Positions 1 through 9,674 of a stretch of DNA of 47,719 nt are shown here, one piece after another; position 1 is the first letter of the stretch, and each line of letters opens with the position of its first letter. Source of the stretch: a virus. Lineage: Duplodnaviria; Caudoviricetes. The stretch is taken from IMG/VR virus record IMGVR_UViG_3300031454_000010, positions 1 through 47,719 of that record. One strand, given 5' to 3'. The position numbers and the translations under genes are program-made. The notes beneath the pieces were generated by a model. It worked only from the letters and a program-made list of their open reading frames with translations, was not told the DNA's origin and searched no databases.

Positions 1-70
1 GCGCGAAACGCGGGCCGATCCGCGCGACCAGCGCCGTAAAGGCCTCGCCCCACGCCGCCAGCGCCGTCAT
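1..70 (-). CDS. IS701-family transposase, N-terminus only
   Basis: MTALAAWGEAFTALVARIGPRFAR matches the typical IS701 transposase start (W..L..RI..RF.R). Confidence 0.65.
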   Translation of the reverse strand, partial: MTALAAWGEAFTALVARIGPRFA

Positions 71-124
71 GCCGCCCCCCCTCCATCGCTCCGGAGGCAT
101 TCTCGCACAACGACGACTGTAGTA
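1..124 (-). mobile_element. Left end of IS701-like insertion sequence (partial, runs off window)
   Basis: Minus strand reads TTAG|TACTACAGTCGTCG at 128->111, resembling IS701-family ends with a YTAG target. A GGAGGGG RBS precedes ATG at 70. GC content jumps at 124. Confidence 0.7.
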
Positions 125-614
125 CTAATTCCTCCGGCGTGCGGTCCTTCAGAACCTTGCAAAATTCAAGTCGGTGTTCAAAAAGCTTCTGCCTAATGAG
201 GTCAACGCCGTCACTGTCAGGCTTACGATGGGCACGGTCCAAATCTCTACGAAGTCTGCCAATCCCAACTTGTAATCGGTGAGCGCGCTCTCCACGCGAT
301 AAGACCGGCGACATTGATGCGGGGGCAGCGGGTTTCGGCGTGGTCGGCGTTCCGGCTAAAGATGGGTAGGCCGACTCAAAGGGGACGCCATTGACGAACA
401 AGATATCGTGACTGGCTGATAGAGAGGCGGCAATAATTTTCTGTCCCATCACCTCAAAATGCACTCTGGCAGCGCCATCCGGCGTTATCGCAATGACTGT
501 GCCTTCTTCGTACAATCGATGGGTGAGCCTATCACCGAGCATAAGACGACGACCCGCCACTGGGACACCTCCTCCGGCTACAGAGCTACGTGAACCAGCG
601 AAGGTTTCCATCAT
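125..614 (-). pseudogene. Gene truncated by the IS701-like element; N-terminal PcrA/UvrD-C-terminal-like Tudor motif
   Basis: Open frame from ATG 614 (MMETF...LGDRLTHRLYEEGTVIAITPDGAARVHF...KDRTPEE) with no stop before the IS junction. Absent from the ORF track because it has no stop in the window. Confidence 0.55.
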
Positions 615-1578
615 CCGTTTCCATTGGATAAACGTCAAGGCAACTCAATGGAACCCGTTCTCATTAAGTTTTTAATGCAGGCCATCTACCCGTCACAGCA
701 TGCGCTATAATGCTGAACGTATACAAAAAGCCGTTCCCGAAATTGGAAAATACAATTGGCGGAGTTGTCCACTTTTGGAACCGGGACAGGGCGCGTTATT
801 GGCGACCATGGCCGTGACGTGGAACAGGCAGCGCACAGACTTGAGCGCAATCGCCGTATACGATTAACGGAAGCTACGCTATACCAGCATGGAGCGCGAT
901 CCGCAGCGGGATGGTTGCTGGTAATGCCGCTCGATGTGGAGGCGATGGCACGGGCCGACTTGCTACGTATGACCCGTGCGTCGCGCGGAGCGCGGCGGTT
1001 CGTGATGACAGCCCGGGAGGACTGGCTTATGAGCAATGGTTGGCGCAAGGCGGAAGTAGCCTGGAAGGGTTAAGAGATATGGCGCACGTAATGACACTCA
1101 CGAAAGTGGCGGCTTTGGCACGAGTTGTCGACGTTTTAGGACACTTGGACAGCATCAAGTCGGGGGAGCCGTTCAGCCCAGCCTTCCAAAAGTGGCGGCG
1201 CGATGCTGAAATTGTCATCCGTCACGTCTTTCCCAACCAACTAGATCATGCTCAAGAATTCGGAGCTATTCTCTACACCAACCCCAATCCGATTATGCGG
1301 ATAAGCAACGGACTATTTCCGACCGTCTCAGACCCTAATGCTGTCCAGCAGAAAGCCACCTTTTTTGCACGAGGCATGGAAGCGGCGCGTACGCAGTTGG
1401 AATCGATACGCGACGAAATCCGTGATTACTGGCTCGATGACAGCGACATGACACGGCATGTGGAGAAGGGAGAGCCGATGACGACGGAACCGCGCATCAG
1501 GAATAAGGTATTCATTATCCATGGCCACGACGTTCAGTTGAAGAAGGAAGTGGAGTTGTTTTTGCGGACTATCGGTTT

Positions 1579-3027
1579 CTCTAGTTTTCGCTAACTGGGG
1601 TCGTGCGGCTGAGGCAAGCGCATCGGGCGCGGCCCTCTGGTAGAGTCCGGGTGCTGAGACCGTGACTCGCCGGAGGTGCGCCCGATGCCGGAAGCAGTGT
1701 ATCGCACGATGACGCTCCTGTGTGCCCTCGTCGCGGGCGTGCCGATCGGCACGAACCTGGGGCTGCTGCACCTGCTGTGGATGCTGGTGCGCGGGCGGCG
1801 GCTCGGCGCGCGGGGGGCGCTGTTCCCTGGGCTGGGCGAATGCGGCCTGTCGGCGCGGGCGGTGCGGCGGGCGTGGGCGGCGCTCGGCCAGGGCGGCTGG
1901 GCGAGCGGGCCGTTGCTCGCCCGCTGGGGGGCGACCGTGGTGGGGGCGGGCCGCTGGCAGCCGCACACCCACGGCGGCTACCGCCCGGTGGCGGTCGACC
2001 TGACCGGCTTCTGGCGGCCCCGGCTGCGCGCCTGCCCCACCAGCCACGACCACGGCATGGCGGGCCGCGCGCTCCCGGCGATCCCCGTCGGCCTCGTCGC
2101 GCGGGTCGGCAGCGTCGGGGGCCAGCGGTTGGCGCTGCCGCTGGCGTTCGTGCGCGCCGACGCGGGCGATCCCCGGCCGGCCGGCCATGAGCGCCTGCTG
2201 GTGCGCGAGGCGGCCGCGCGGTGCGCGGCCGATGACGTGCTGGTGCTGGATGCGGGCTTCGGGGTGGCGCTCCTCCAGGAGGAGGGCGCGACCCGCTCTG
2301 TGGTCCGGCTGGCGAGGAACAGCACCTTCCGCCGCGCCGCGCCCCCGCCCTACGGCGGGCGGGGACGCCCACCGACGCGCGGCACGGTCGTGCGGCCCTT
2401 GCCGCGCACCTACCAGGGCCGGCCGATCGCCGCCACCCCGCCCGACCGCGTCGTGACCTGGCCGGAGGGCGACGGCCTCGTGCGCGCCGAGGTCTGGACC
2501 ACGCTGGTGCGACCCGACGCGGACGCCGCTAGCCCCAGCTTCGCCGTCATCGCCCTGCACGACCCGCGCCATCGGGAGCCGCTGCTCCTCGCGACGCCGC
2601 TCGCGTTGGCGCCGCAACAGGCCCGCGATTGCTACGGTGATCGCTGGCCCGTGGAACAACTCCCCTTGGCCGCCAAGCAAATGCTCGGGGCCGCGCGCCA
2701 GTTTGTGTCGGCCCCGGAGACGTGCCAGCGCCTGCCCGCGCTCGCCCTGCTCGCCGGGGCGGTGCTCTCCTACGCCGCGGCCACCACCCCGGCCATCCCG
2801 ACGGGCTTCTGGGACCGCCGCCCACAGCCCACGCCCGGCCGCCTCCGGCGCGGCCTCGCGCGTACCCCTTTTCCGCACGACTTCCCCTTGCCCGCCCATA
2901 TTCGCGCAAAAGCCGCCGTCACCGACCACCTGCCCAAGGGCTTTTTTGGCCAACGCCGCCGAGAAGCACCCGCCGCCACTGCGCCGCCTCCCACCCAACT
3001 GGCCGCCTGAGTTAGCGGAAACTAGAG
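1579..3027 (+). mobile_element. Complete 1449-bp DDE insertion sequence (IS4/IS701/ISH3 superfamily)
   Basis: Inverted repeats CTCTAGTTTTCGCTAACT (1579-1596) and AGTTAGCGGAAACTAGAG (3010-3027), 17/18 match. 5-bp target duplication GGTTT at 1574-1578 and 3028-3032. Much higher GC than flanks. Confidence 0.95.
1676..3010 (+). CDS. DDE transposase
   Basis: VAVDLT and VLDAGF motifs plus a Y-2-R-3-E-6-K signature (YGDRWPVEQLPLAAK). Fills the IS; stop abuts the right inverted repeat. Confidence 0.9.
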   Translation: MRPMPEAVYRTMTLLCALVAGVPIGTNLGLLHLLWMLVRGRRLGARGALFPGLGECGLSARAVRRAWAALGQGGWASGPLLARWGATVVGAGRWQPHTHGGYRPVAVDLTGFWRPRLRACPTSHDHGMAGRALPAIPVGLVARVGSVGGQRLALPLAFVRADAGDPRPAGHERLLVREAAARCAADDVLVLDAGFGVALLQEEGATRSVVRLARNSTFRRAAPPPYGGRGRPPTRGTVVRPLPRTYQGRPIAATPPDRVVTWPEGDGLVRAEVWTTLVRPDADAASPSFAVIALHDPRHREPLLLATPLALAPQQARDCYGDRWPVEQLPLAAKQMLGAARQFVSAPETCQRLPALALLAGAVLSYAAATTPAIPTGFWDRRPQPTPGRLRRGLARTPFPHDFPLPAHIRAKAAVTDHLPKGFFGQRRREAPAATAPPPTQLAA

Positions 3028-3659
3028 GGTTTGGATGTTTCTATTTTGCACCAACTACCCCGTGGCGGACGGACGATTATCGAGATGTTGGAAGCGTACT
3101 CCGATGTGGACTACGCTATAGCGCTCCTGACCCCAGACGACATTGGTGCTGCCGACAAGGATTTCTCAGCCGCTGTCCAGCGCGTGCTGTCAGACGGACC
3201 AGCGGCCACCCTCGCCGTGGAATTGTCCAACGCGCTCGGGCACCGGGCACGGCAGAATGTCATCTTTGAGATGGGGCTGTTTCAGGGGATGTACAGACGC
3301 GGAAGCGTGTGCGCCATCGTTGCCAAAGGCGTGGAGATTCCGTCTGACATCGCGGGGGTGCTATATATTCCTGTTGCGGGCGATGGCGACGCTGATTGGA
3401 AGACGCTGCTACGACGGGAATTGGACTACCGAGGCTTGCACTACGACCACACCAAAATCTGACTGACGAGGTAAGGAATATCGCAGCTATTGGTGCTGCT
3501 ACGCCCTGCATATCTCCCAGCCCAATAGTGATGCACTGGTGCCGTTTGTCGCCGGGCGATAAGCCGCACCCACCCGCTAAACCTCGATTCAACCGACGTA
3601 CTTAAAGGGGAGGCTCCACGCGCCCCACTGGACGAGAAGATGCTAGACTGACCCACCAC

Positions 3660-3688
3660 CCGATAACGCGCAACCGATAACGCGCAAC
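3660..3688. repeat. 14-bp tandem duplication CCGATAACGCGCAA x2
   Basis: Direct read, upstream of ggt. Confidence 0.8.
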
Positions 3689-3722
3689 ATGGATGCAACA
3701 CGGATACGCGAGGAGCGGGCGA

Positions 3723-5403
3723 ATGGTAGGGCCGCACGGGCTGGGATACGAGGCGCATCGCCCGGTCGTGATGGGCGCGCGGGGCATGGTCGTGGCCGGA
3801 CAGCCGCTCGCGGCGGGCGTCGGCAGCGCGATCCTGGCTCAGGGCGGCAATGCGATCGACGCGGCAGTCGCGACCGCCGCCGCGCTCGGCGTCGTGGAAC
3901 CGAACATGTCCGGGCTGGGGGGCGACGGCTTCATCATGATCGCGCGCCGCGACACGCACGGTCGAGGTGGTCAACGCCACCGGGGCCGCCCCGCTCACTG
4001 CCACCCGCGCCGCCTACGCCGACGGTATCCCCCTCCATGGCGCGCGCAGCGTCTCGGTGCCGGGCCTGCTCGACGGCTGGCTCGCCGCGCACGAGCGCCA
4101 CGGCACCCTGCCCCTGGCAACCCTGTTCGCGCCCGCCGTCGCCCTGGCCGAGGAAGGCTTCCCCGTCTCGCACAAGCTCGCGGAGTACACCGCCCAGGCG
4201 GTGGCACTCGGCACCTTCCCGACCTCGCGCGCGATCTTCTGGCGCGACGGTCGCCCATTGCGCGCGGGCGAGATCCTGCGCCAGCGCGATCTCGCCCGCA
4301 CCCTGACGACGATCGCGGAGGGGGGCAGGGCGACCTTCTACGGCGGGGCGCTCGGGCGGGCGATCGCGGCGAGCATCGCGGCGGCCGGCGGGCTGCTGAC
4401 GCTCGACGACCTCGCGGCGCACCGCACGCGCTGGCAGGAGCCTATCGCCACGACCTATCGCGGCCACACCGTCTACGAGGCCCCGCCGAACTCCAGCGGC
4501 CATATCCTCTTACAGGAACTCAACCTGATCGAGGCGTTCGATGTCGCCGGGCGCGACCCATGCGACCCCGCCACGCTGCACCTGATGGTCGAGGCGAAGA
4601 AGCTGGCCTTCGCCGACCGCGAAGCCTACGTCGCCGACCCGGAGTGGACCGCCATCCCGCTCGCCGGACTCCTCGCCAAAGACTACGCCGCCGCCCGCCG
4701 CGCCGCGATCGACCCCGACCGCGCCGCCTCGGCGGTCGCGGCGGGCGACGCCTGGCGCTACGATCCGGCGGGGATCGCGCCCGGCAAGTCCGGCACCGCG
4801 CCGCTCGAACGGCGCGAGGACACGACCTGCCTCGTGGTCGCCGACCGCTGGGGCAACGCGGTCTACCAGTTGCAGAGTATCCAGTCGAGTTTCGGCTCCT
4901 GTCTGGTGGCCGGGGAGACCGGTGTCCTGCTGAACAATCGGATGACCTACTGGCACCTTGACGAGGGGCACCCCGACCGCCTCGAACCGGGCAAGCGCGT
5001 GCGCCACACGATGAACCCGGTGCTGGTCTTCGCGGGCGACGAACTGCTGCTGGCGCTCGGCACACCGGGCGCGGACACGCAAGTTCAGACCAACCTCCAA
5101 CTGATCAGCCACCTCCTCGATCACGGCATGACGCCGCAAGAGGCGGTGGAAGCGCCACGCTGGCGGCATCGCCAGATCGGCGGCGAATCGACCGTGCCGC
5201 ACGGCACCGACGATGTCCTCGTGCTCGAAGACCGCTTCCCCACCATGACGCGCGACGCGCTGACCGCGCGCGGCCACACCCTGGAGATCATCGGCCCCTG
5301 GGAGGCGACCGGCAGCGCGGTCGTCATCCGGCGCGACCCCGACACCGGCGCGCTCCACGGCGGGGCCGACCCGCGCCGGGATGCGTATGCGATCGGGGTT
5401 TAG
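3723..5403 (+). pseudogene. ggt: Gamma-glutamyltransferase, frameshifted near 3957-3960
   Basis: GGNAIDAAVA...EPNMSGLGGDGF in one frame; VNATG...SVSVPG...EDTT (catalytic Thr)...LNNRM...GTPGADTQ...GADPRR in the next frame. Confidence 0.9.
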
Positions 5404-5409
5404 GGGCGG

Positions 5410-5501
5410 GGTCCAAGGTCCAAGGTCGAAGGAGGGTTCTCGGCCTGAACAGAGCGCCGCCCGGCCACGCCCGAGCCACTTTCGACCTTGGACCTTGGAC
5501 C
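5410..5501. repeat. Intergenic inverted repeat built from heptamer units (REP-like)
   Basis: GGTCCAAGGTCCAAGGTCGAA (5410-5430) is the exact reverse complement of 5481-5501. Confidence 0.85.
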
Positions 5502-5555
5502 TTCGACCAGCGGGCCGCCGCCCGCCTGACCTTCGACCCCGAACCCGGAGACCCC

Positions 5556-5639
5556 ATGAAGATAACCGACGTCGAAGCGATCTGGCTGCAATTGCCGGAG
5601 ATCAACGAGCGGTGTGATGGTACGCAGGACACGCTTGTT
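5556..5639 (+). pseudogene. 5' fragment of mandelate racemase/muconate lactonizing (enolase superfamily) gene; prophage junction
   Basis: GGAG RBS then [28 protein letters not shown], a typical family N-terminus. The expected V.TD.G..G.GE does not follow. Confidence 0.75.
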
Positions 5640-5751
5640 GCTTGCGCCAAATCCACACCGCGACCGTGCGAGGCTTTGCACAGGGCGCGAAGCAGCCCCC
5701 AGGGGCCGGGTGCGCCTGGGGGCCGTGCGAGGTGGGGAGGGCCGCTGGCGG

Positions 5752-6294
5752 CTAGTGGGTCGGCACCGCGACCGGCGCGACGATCTCGACCGGCGCGACC
5801 GGCGCGCTCGACGGGAACAGCGCCCCCACCGTCGCCACGATCGCGGCGATCGCCTGCTCGGCGGTCGGGCCGACCGGCACTGGGGGCGCGGGCGGCGCGG
5901 CATTGACCGTGGGGCTGTCGCCGGTCAGCACCACGGCGGGCACGGGCGCGGCGTTGGCGGCCTGCTTGACCTGCGTCACCGCGCCCTCGATGTACGTCCG
6001 CATCTGCTCGGCGCTCAGGATAATCCCGTGCTCGCCGAGGATCATGGATGCACGGTCGGCGGCCTCCTGGTACTTGGTGTGGGGGTCGAAGCCCAACGTC
6101 TTGCCCAATTGCTCCGCCGCCCGCACGGACTCGCCCGTGATCGCGATGGCCTGCGTGGTGCGAATTGCCCCGATCCGCGCCTCGACCAGCCGACGGAAAT
6201 AGACGAACACGGCCCCGAGCAGTCCGGACGAGAGCAGCAGCGAGAGCGCGGCGATGATGGCGGCTCCGGCGGTCGTCGTGGTGGCGTTGTCCAT
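5752..6294 (-). CDS. Holin, LL-H-like
   Basis: GAGGAG RBS; one N-terminal TM segment; SVRAAEQ...K...A...GIILSAEQM...IEGAV pattern. Confidence 0.75.
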   Translation of the reverse strand: MDNATTTTAGAAIIAALSLLLSSGLLGAVFVYFRRLVEARIGAIRTTQAIAITGESVRAAEQLGKTLGFDPHTKYQEAADRASMILGEHGIILSAEQMRTYIEGAVTQVKQAANAAPVPAVVLTGDSPTVNAAPPAPPVPVGPTAEQAIAAIVATVGALFPSSAPVAPVEIVAPVAVPTH

Positions 6295-6304
6295 GGTGTC
6301 CTCC

Positions 6305-6388
6305 TCAATCGTGCCAGAACGCGGGCGAGCGCACCACGTAGAGATCGCGCATGTCGTCTTGATCTCCACGCCAATGGATGTAGAAGAT
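6305..6388 (-). pseudogene. Relic 3' end of the 7022-7375 gene
   Basis: Translates IFYIHWRGDQDDMRDLYVVRSPAFWHD*, versus LYVVTWRGDADDMRDLVVVRSPAFWVD* at the end of the 7022-7375 gene. Confidence 0.9.
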
Positions 6389-6400
6389 TCCGCGTTCCGG

Positions 6401-6470
6401 TGGTATAATTAGGCGTAGTGAAGCCGAGGCACGGCGGCAACCGTCCTCGGCGTGACGCCCCATGAAGGAG
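6401..6470 (+). promoter_or_regulatory. Extended -10 promoter, leader hairpin and RBS of the HNH gene
   Basis: TGGTATAAT at 6401-6409; hairpin at 6423-6451; AAGGAG at 6465-6470. Confidence 0.7.
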
Positions 6471-6479
6471 CCTCCTGAG

Positions 6480-7025
6480 ATGCCCCGTAACTATACCAGG
6501 CGCCCCATCGAGGAACGATTCTGGGAGAAGGTTGATCGCAGCGGTGGCCCGGATGCCTGCTGGTTGTGGCAGGCGTCGTGCCGGAATGGTTACGGCCAGT
6601 TCGGCGTCCGAGCAGGGAAGATCGTGGTCGCGTCCCACTTCGCTTACGAATTGGCCTACGGTCCGCTTTCCGCTGGCATGTTCGCGCTCCATAATTGCCC
6701 CGGTGGCGACAATCCACGCTGCGTGAACCCGCGCCATCTCTACGCTGGAACGCAGCAAGACAACGTGCGGGACTGTGTTGCGAAAGGTCGCCACTCCCCA
6801 GGGAAGGGTGCGCCGTGCGGGGAGCGCAATGGTACCCGCACGCATCCCGAAGCCTACCGAGGTAGCAGGAATGCACACGCGCGGCTGAGCGAGGCCGAGG
6901 TGGGCGCCATGCGCGCTTACCACGCCGAACATCATCCCCAATTCAAAGACCTGGGGATGATGTTCGGCGTGGGCGCACAGGCGGCGCACAAGATTGTTTC
7001 TGGTCAGCGATGGAAGCACGTTTAG
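6480..7025 (+). CDS. HNH endonuclease (homing type), antisense to the phage late genes
   Basis: RFWEKVD...CWLW...GYG...LHNC..DNPRCVNPRHL..GT..DN..D, with a C-terminal HTH-like segment. Confidence 0.9.
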   Translation: MPRNYTRRPIEERFWEKVDRSGGPDACWLWQASCRNGYGQFGVRAGKIVVASHFAYELAYGPLSAGMFALHNCPGGDNPRCVNPRHLYAGTQQDNVRDCVAKGRHSPGKGAPCGERNGTRTHPEAYRGSRNAHARLSEAEVGAMRAYHAEHHPQFKDLGMMFGVGAQAAHKIVSGQRWKHV

Positions 7026-7375
7026 TCCACCCAGAAGGCGGGCGACCTGACAACGACAAGATCGCGCATGTCGTCGGCGTCGCCTCTCCACGTTACGACG
7101 TAGAGTTTCAGGCGGTTATCGGCGGGGTGGATGAGCGGCGACATACGAAAGACGTTGATCGGGCGCAGTGGATCGAGCGCGTTGAGGTCGAGGGTGCGGA
7201 AACCCAGATCCTCGAACCAGAAGTCGAACGAGCGCTTGCCGGGGCTGTGGCTGTAGGCCACGGAGGGGGGCATCGCGACCGTGCGCCCGCCCGGCATGGC
7301 GTACTGGTCCACGCCACGCGCGAACGGACCCTTGTAACTCACCTCGACTTGTCCCTCTCGCCATTCCCAACCCAT
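7022..7375 (-). CDS. Hypothetical protein (117 aa)
   Basis: GAGGAGG RBS; lies directly after the endolysin; conserved relic of its C-terminus supports coding. Confidence 0.75.
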   Translation of the reverse strand: MGWEWREGQVEVSYKGPFARGVDQYAMPGGRTVAMPPSVAYSHSPGKRSFDFWFEDLGFRTLDLNALDPLRPINVFRMSPLIHPADNRLKLYVVTWRGDADDMRDLVVVRSPAFWVD

Positions 7376-7388
7376 GTTCCGCCTCCTC

Positions 7389-8759
7389 TTACGCGACTTG
7401 GACCCAGGGCGTGTATCCGCCCTCCGCTGACCACTCGCAGTCGAACCACGCCTTTTTGTCCGGGTTGTAGTAGCGGGCTTTGCGGTAGACGATCACGCCC
7501 TCACCGTCGGGCCAATCGAACGTGTCCGGCTGTCCGGCGTCGAGCCAGCCATCCGGGTGCGCGGGTTTCACCGCCTCGCCGATGACCGCCCCGATGTCCT
7601 GCTTCGCCACGATGCCCCCCTGCGCGTCGTAGGCCGCCTGCACGGCACCGACGAAGCGATCCCACGTCCAGCCCCAATCGCCCGCTTTCAGGTGCTTGGG
7701 GCAGCCACGGTGGACGGTGGGGTTGCGCGCGCTCCAATAGGAGCCGTGCTGGCGCACCGTCACGTCCTTGATCACCGTCTTGCCGTGCGCCCGCAGCACC
7801 TTCGCGACGATCTCCGCCATCAGCGTGCAGGCGGTCCCGTAGTCGCCGTCCCGATTGACGCAAATCTCGCCGCTGACCGTGCGGTTGCTCGCGTCGTCGG
7901 ACTGGTCCTGGCCGTCCCCGATCGCCCAGCACGGCTCGCCATCCTGCGGCCCGGACGGGAGGAACTGCGCGCTGTGGCCGCCAGCGAGTCCGTCCGTGCA
8001 GAAATGGAAACTCGCGTCGGGTCGAGTGCCGCCGTTGTACGTCCCCGCCAGATAGTCGTGGGTGTTCCCCACCCCCGTGGCGGGCCGCTCGTTGTCCGTC
8101 TCGTGGACCACGAACGCGTCGAAGTCGAGCAAGCGACCACCGGGGCGATTGCTCCCCGGTTTCAGTTCCATGATCGTGCGCGCGAATTGCTGCATGGTTG
8201 TTCCTCCTCCTGTCTCCGCCACGATGGCTTGCCAAATTCGCTCAATCGAGTCGCCGTATGACAAACCCGGCACCGCCCAGCGCCCGCCCAAGCTTTTCCA
8301 CGACGTCGCCGCGCCCTTGTCTTTGATCGCGCCGCGCACCGCCGTGATGCGGTAGTCGCCGTCCCCGCGCCGGTCGTCGGCCCAAGCGAGGATGTGGATC
8401 ATCTGCGCCCGTATCCCCGCCGTCCACGTCGGCCAGCCGCCGCCCGCCGCGCCATCGTTCGTCGCGCCCAGTCCGGCAGGATTCTTTTGGCTCGCCTTGA
8501 CCTGATTGCCGAAGGCGTAGCTGTTCGTCTCGATGATGCTCTGTGCCAGCCCGGCATCCCCGGCCAGCCCGTCCGCATCCCAGGCCACGTAGGCGGCGAC
8601 GATCTCGTCGAGCGCGGCGTCGGTCAGCGGCGCGACGATCCGCCCGCCCGCCCCGGCGGTCGTCACCCCGGCGCGGTTGGCGGCGCGTAGGCGGGCGCGC
8701 ATCTGCGCCGGGGTGGCGCGGCGGCGCGTGCCGATGATCGGCAGATCGACCAGGCCCAT
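7389..8759 (-). CDS. Endolysin: glucosaminidase-like domain plus amidase-2 domain
   Basis: AQSIIET...NPAGLGAT...LGGRWA...YG, then VVHET...SFHF...EICVN...QH...CP zinc-amidase motifs. GGAGGAG RBS at ATG 8759. Confidence 0.9.
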   Translation of the reverse strand: MGLVDLPIIGTRRRATPAQMRARLRAANRAGVTTAGAGGRIVAPLTDAALDEIVAAYVAWDADGLAGDAGLAQSIIETNSYAFGNQVKASQKNPAGLGATNDGAAGGGWPTWTAGIRAQMIHILAWADDRRGDGDYRITAVRGAIKDKGAATSWKSLGGRWAVPGLSYGDSIERIWQAIVAETGGGTTMQQFARTIMELKPGSNRPGGRLLDFDAFVVHETDNERPATGVGNTHDYLAGTYNGGTRPDASFHFCTDGLAGGHSAQFLPSGPQDGEPCWAIGDGQDQSDDASNRTVSGEICVNRDGDYGTACTLMAEIVAKVLRAHGKTVIKDVTVRQHGSYWSARNPTVHRGCPKHLKAGDWGWTWDRFVGAVQAAYDAQGGIVAKQDIGAVIGEAVKPAHPDGWLDAGQPDTFDWPDGEGVIVYRKARYYNPDKKAWFDCEWSAEGGYTPWVQVA

Positions 8760-8993
8760 GGCGTCTCCTCCTCCCCTGCCTCGCAGGTCGTACAGCACCG
8801 TCAGCCGCCCCAGGAGTACCGGCCCCGAGCGTTGGGTGCCGCGTTCGAGATCCCGCAGCGTCCCGCGCGCGACGCCGACCGCCGCCGCCGCCTCGCGCCT
8901 GGTCAGCCCGGCCCGCTCGCGCCGGTCCCGCCACTGCGCGCCGCGCACTCGCGCCAGAGCCGCACCGCGAGGATCGTCCTCGAGTCGCCGCAT
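8760..8993 (-). CDS. XRE-family HTH domain, in frame with the endolysin (no stop)
   Basis: WRDRRERAGLTRREAAAAVGVARGTLRDLERG. Start codon uncertain. Confidence 0.7.
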
Positions 8994-9160
8994 ACCCCCA
9001 GCCCTAGCCCCATCCGTTCGTAGGCCTGCCACGCGTGCTTGTTCGAGGTGTCCGTCGCGATCCCCAGCCGTCGCCCGATCTGCTCATGCGTCAGCCCCTG
9101 CCAGCCCAGCGCGACGACCTGCAACTGCCGCGCGGTGAGGCGGGTGATGCGCGCCGTCAC
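8903..9160 (-). CDS. Stand-alone LuxR-type HTH protein
   Basis: LTARQLQVVAL..QGLTHEQIGRRLGIATDT..KH...AYERMG. GTGA overlap with the nuclease stop. Confidence 0.8.
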   Translation of the reverse strand: MTARITRLTARQLQVVALGWQGLTHEQIGRRLGIATDTSNKHAWQAYERMGLGLGVCGDSRTILAVRLWRECAARSGGTGASGPG

Positions 9161-9609
9161 CGCGCCCCCCCGCCCGGTGTCGGCACCGGCACCGGCACGG
9201 GCTTGACGCCCTTGCCGTCCCAGGCCACCCCCAGCCCGGCGGCGATCAGCGCGGCCCCCAACTCGGCGTTGTCGGAATCCCGCCATACGCGCGCGTCCCA
9301 CCGCCCGCCGAACTTGTCCGGGGTGATCGGGACGAGCGGCTGCCATGACGCGATCGTGAGCGGCCACCGCCCCGGCCCCGCGTCGGCCAGCCACGCGGCG
9401 ACCCAGCGCTGCGCCACTTTCCCCTCGGGCGTGGCGAGCTCGGGCGTGTTGACGCCGAGTACCCGCACCGCGACCTCGGCCCGCGCGCCGAAATCCAGCT
9501 CGACGAGGAGCGTCACCGTGTCGCCGTCGTGATTGCCGAGGGCCGCCGCCCGGTGGCTGTGGTTCGGCGGGTCCGGCCTGGTCTGCGTTGTGGATTGCGC
9601 GGTATTCAC
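9157..9609 (-). CDS. Thermonuclease (SNase-like)
   Basis: DGDT, VRVLGVNTPE, DKFGGR and LIAAGL motifs. Confidence 0.85.
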   Translation of the reverse strand: MNTAQSTTQTRPDPPNHSHRAAALGNHDGDTVTLLVELDFGARAEVAVRVLGVNTPELATPEGKVAQRWVAAWLADAGPGRWPLTIASWQPLVPITPDKFGGRWDARVWRDSDNAELGAALIAAGLGVAWDGKGVKPVPVPVPTPGGGAR

Positions 9610-9674
9610 GCGACAATTCCCCCTGTTGTAGCGGTTTCCTTCGGCTCCTCGCGAATCGCGATCGGTCGGCGGCA

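Larger units (their letters stand above)
1079..3462 (+). pseudogene. TIR-like nucleotide-binding protein (CAP12/Pycsar-effector-type TIR), disrupted by IS
   Basis: 5' part has KVFIIHGHD...EVELFLRTIG. 3' part has LDVSILHQLP...AIALLTPDD...RARQNVIFEMGLF...EIPSDIAGVLYI. Removing the IS and one GGTTT copy restores a 309-aa frame. Confidence 0.9.

Noticed and set aside
1-614. In-frame fusion of the truncated gene to the IS701 transposase
   Set aside because: The frames differ (614-70 is not a multiple of 3).
756-1073. 105-aa plus-strand ORF and the 911 upstream extension of the TIR gene
   Set aside because: No recognisable motif or clear RBS. It cannot be supported, though it is not excluded.
6305-7100. 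Duplicated gene ends as DGR repeats, or HNH genes as group I intron cargo
   Set aside because: Differences are not adenine-restricted and no reverse transcriptase is present. There is no room for a ribozyme core, and the target genes are complete without splicing.
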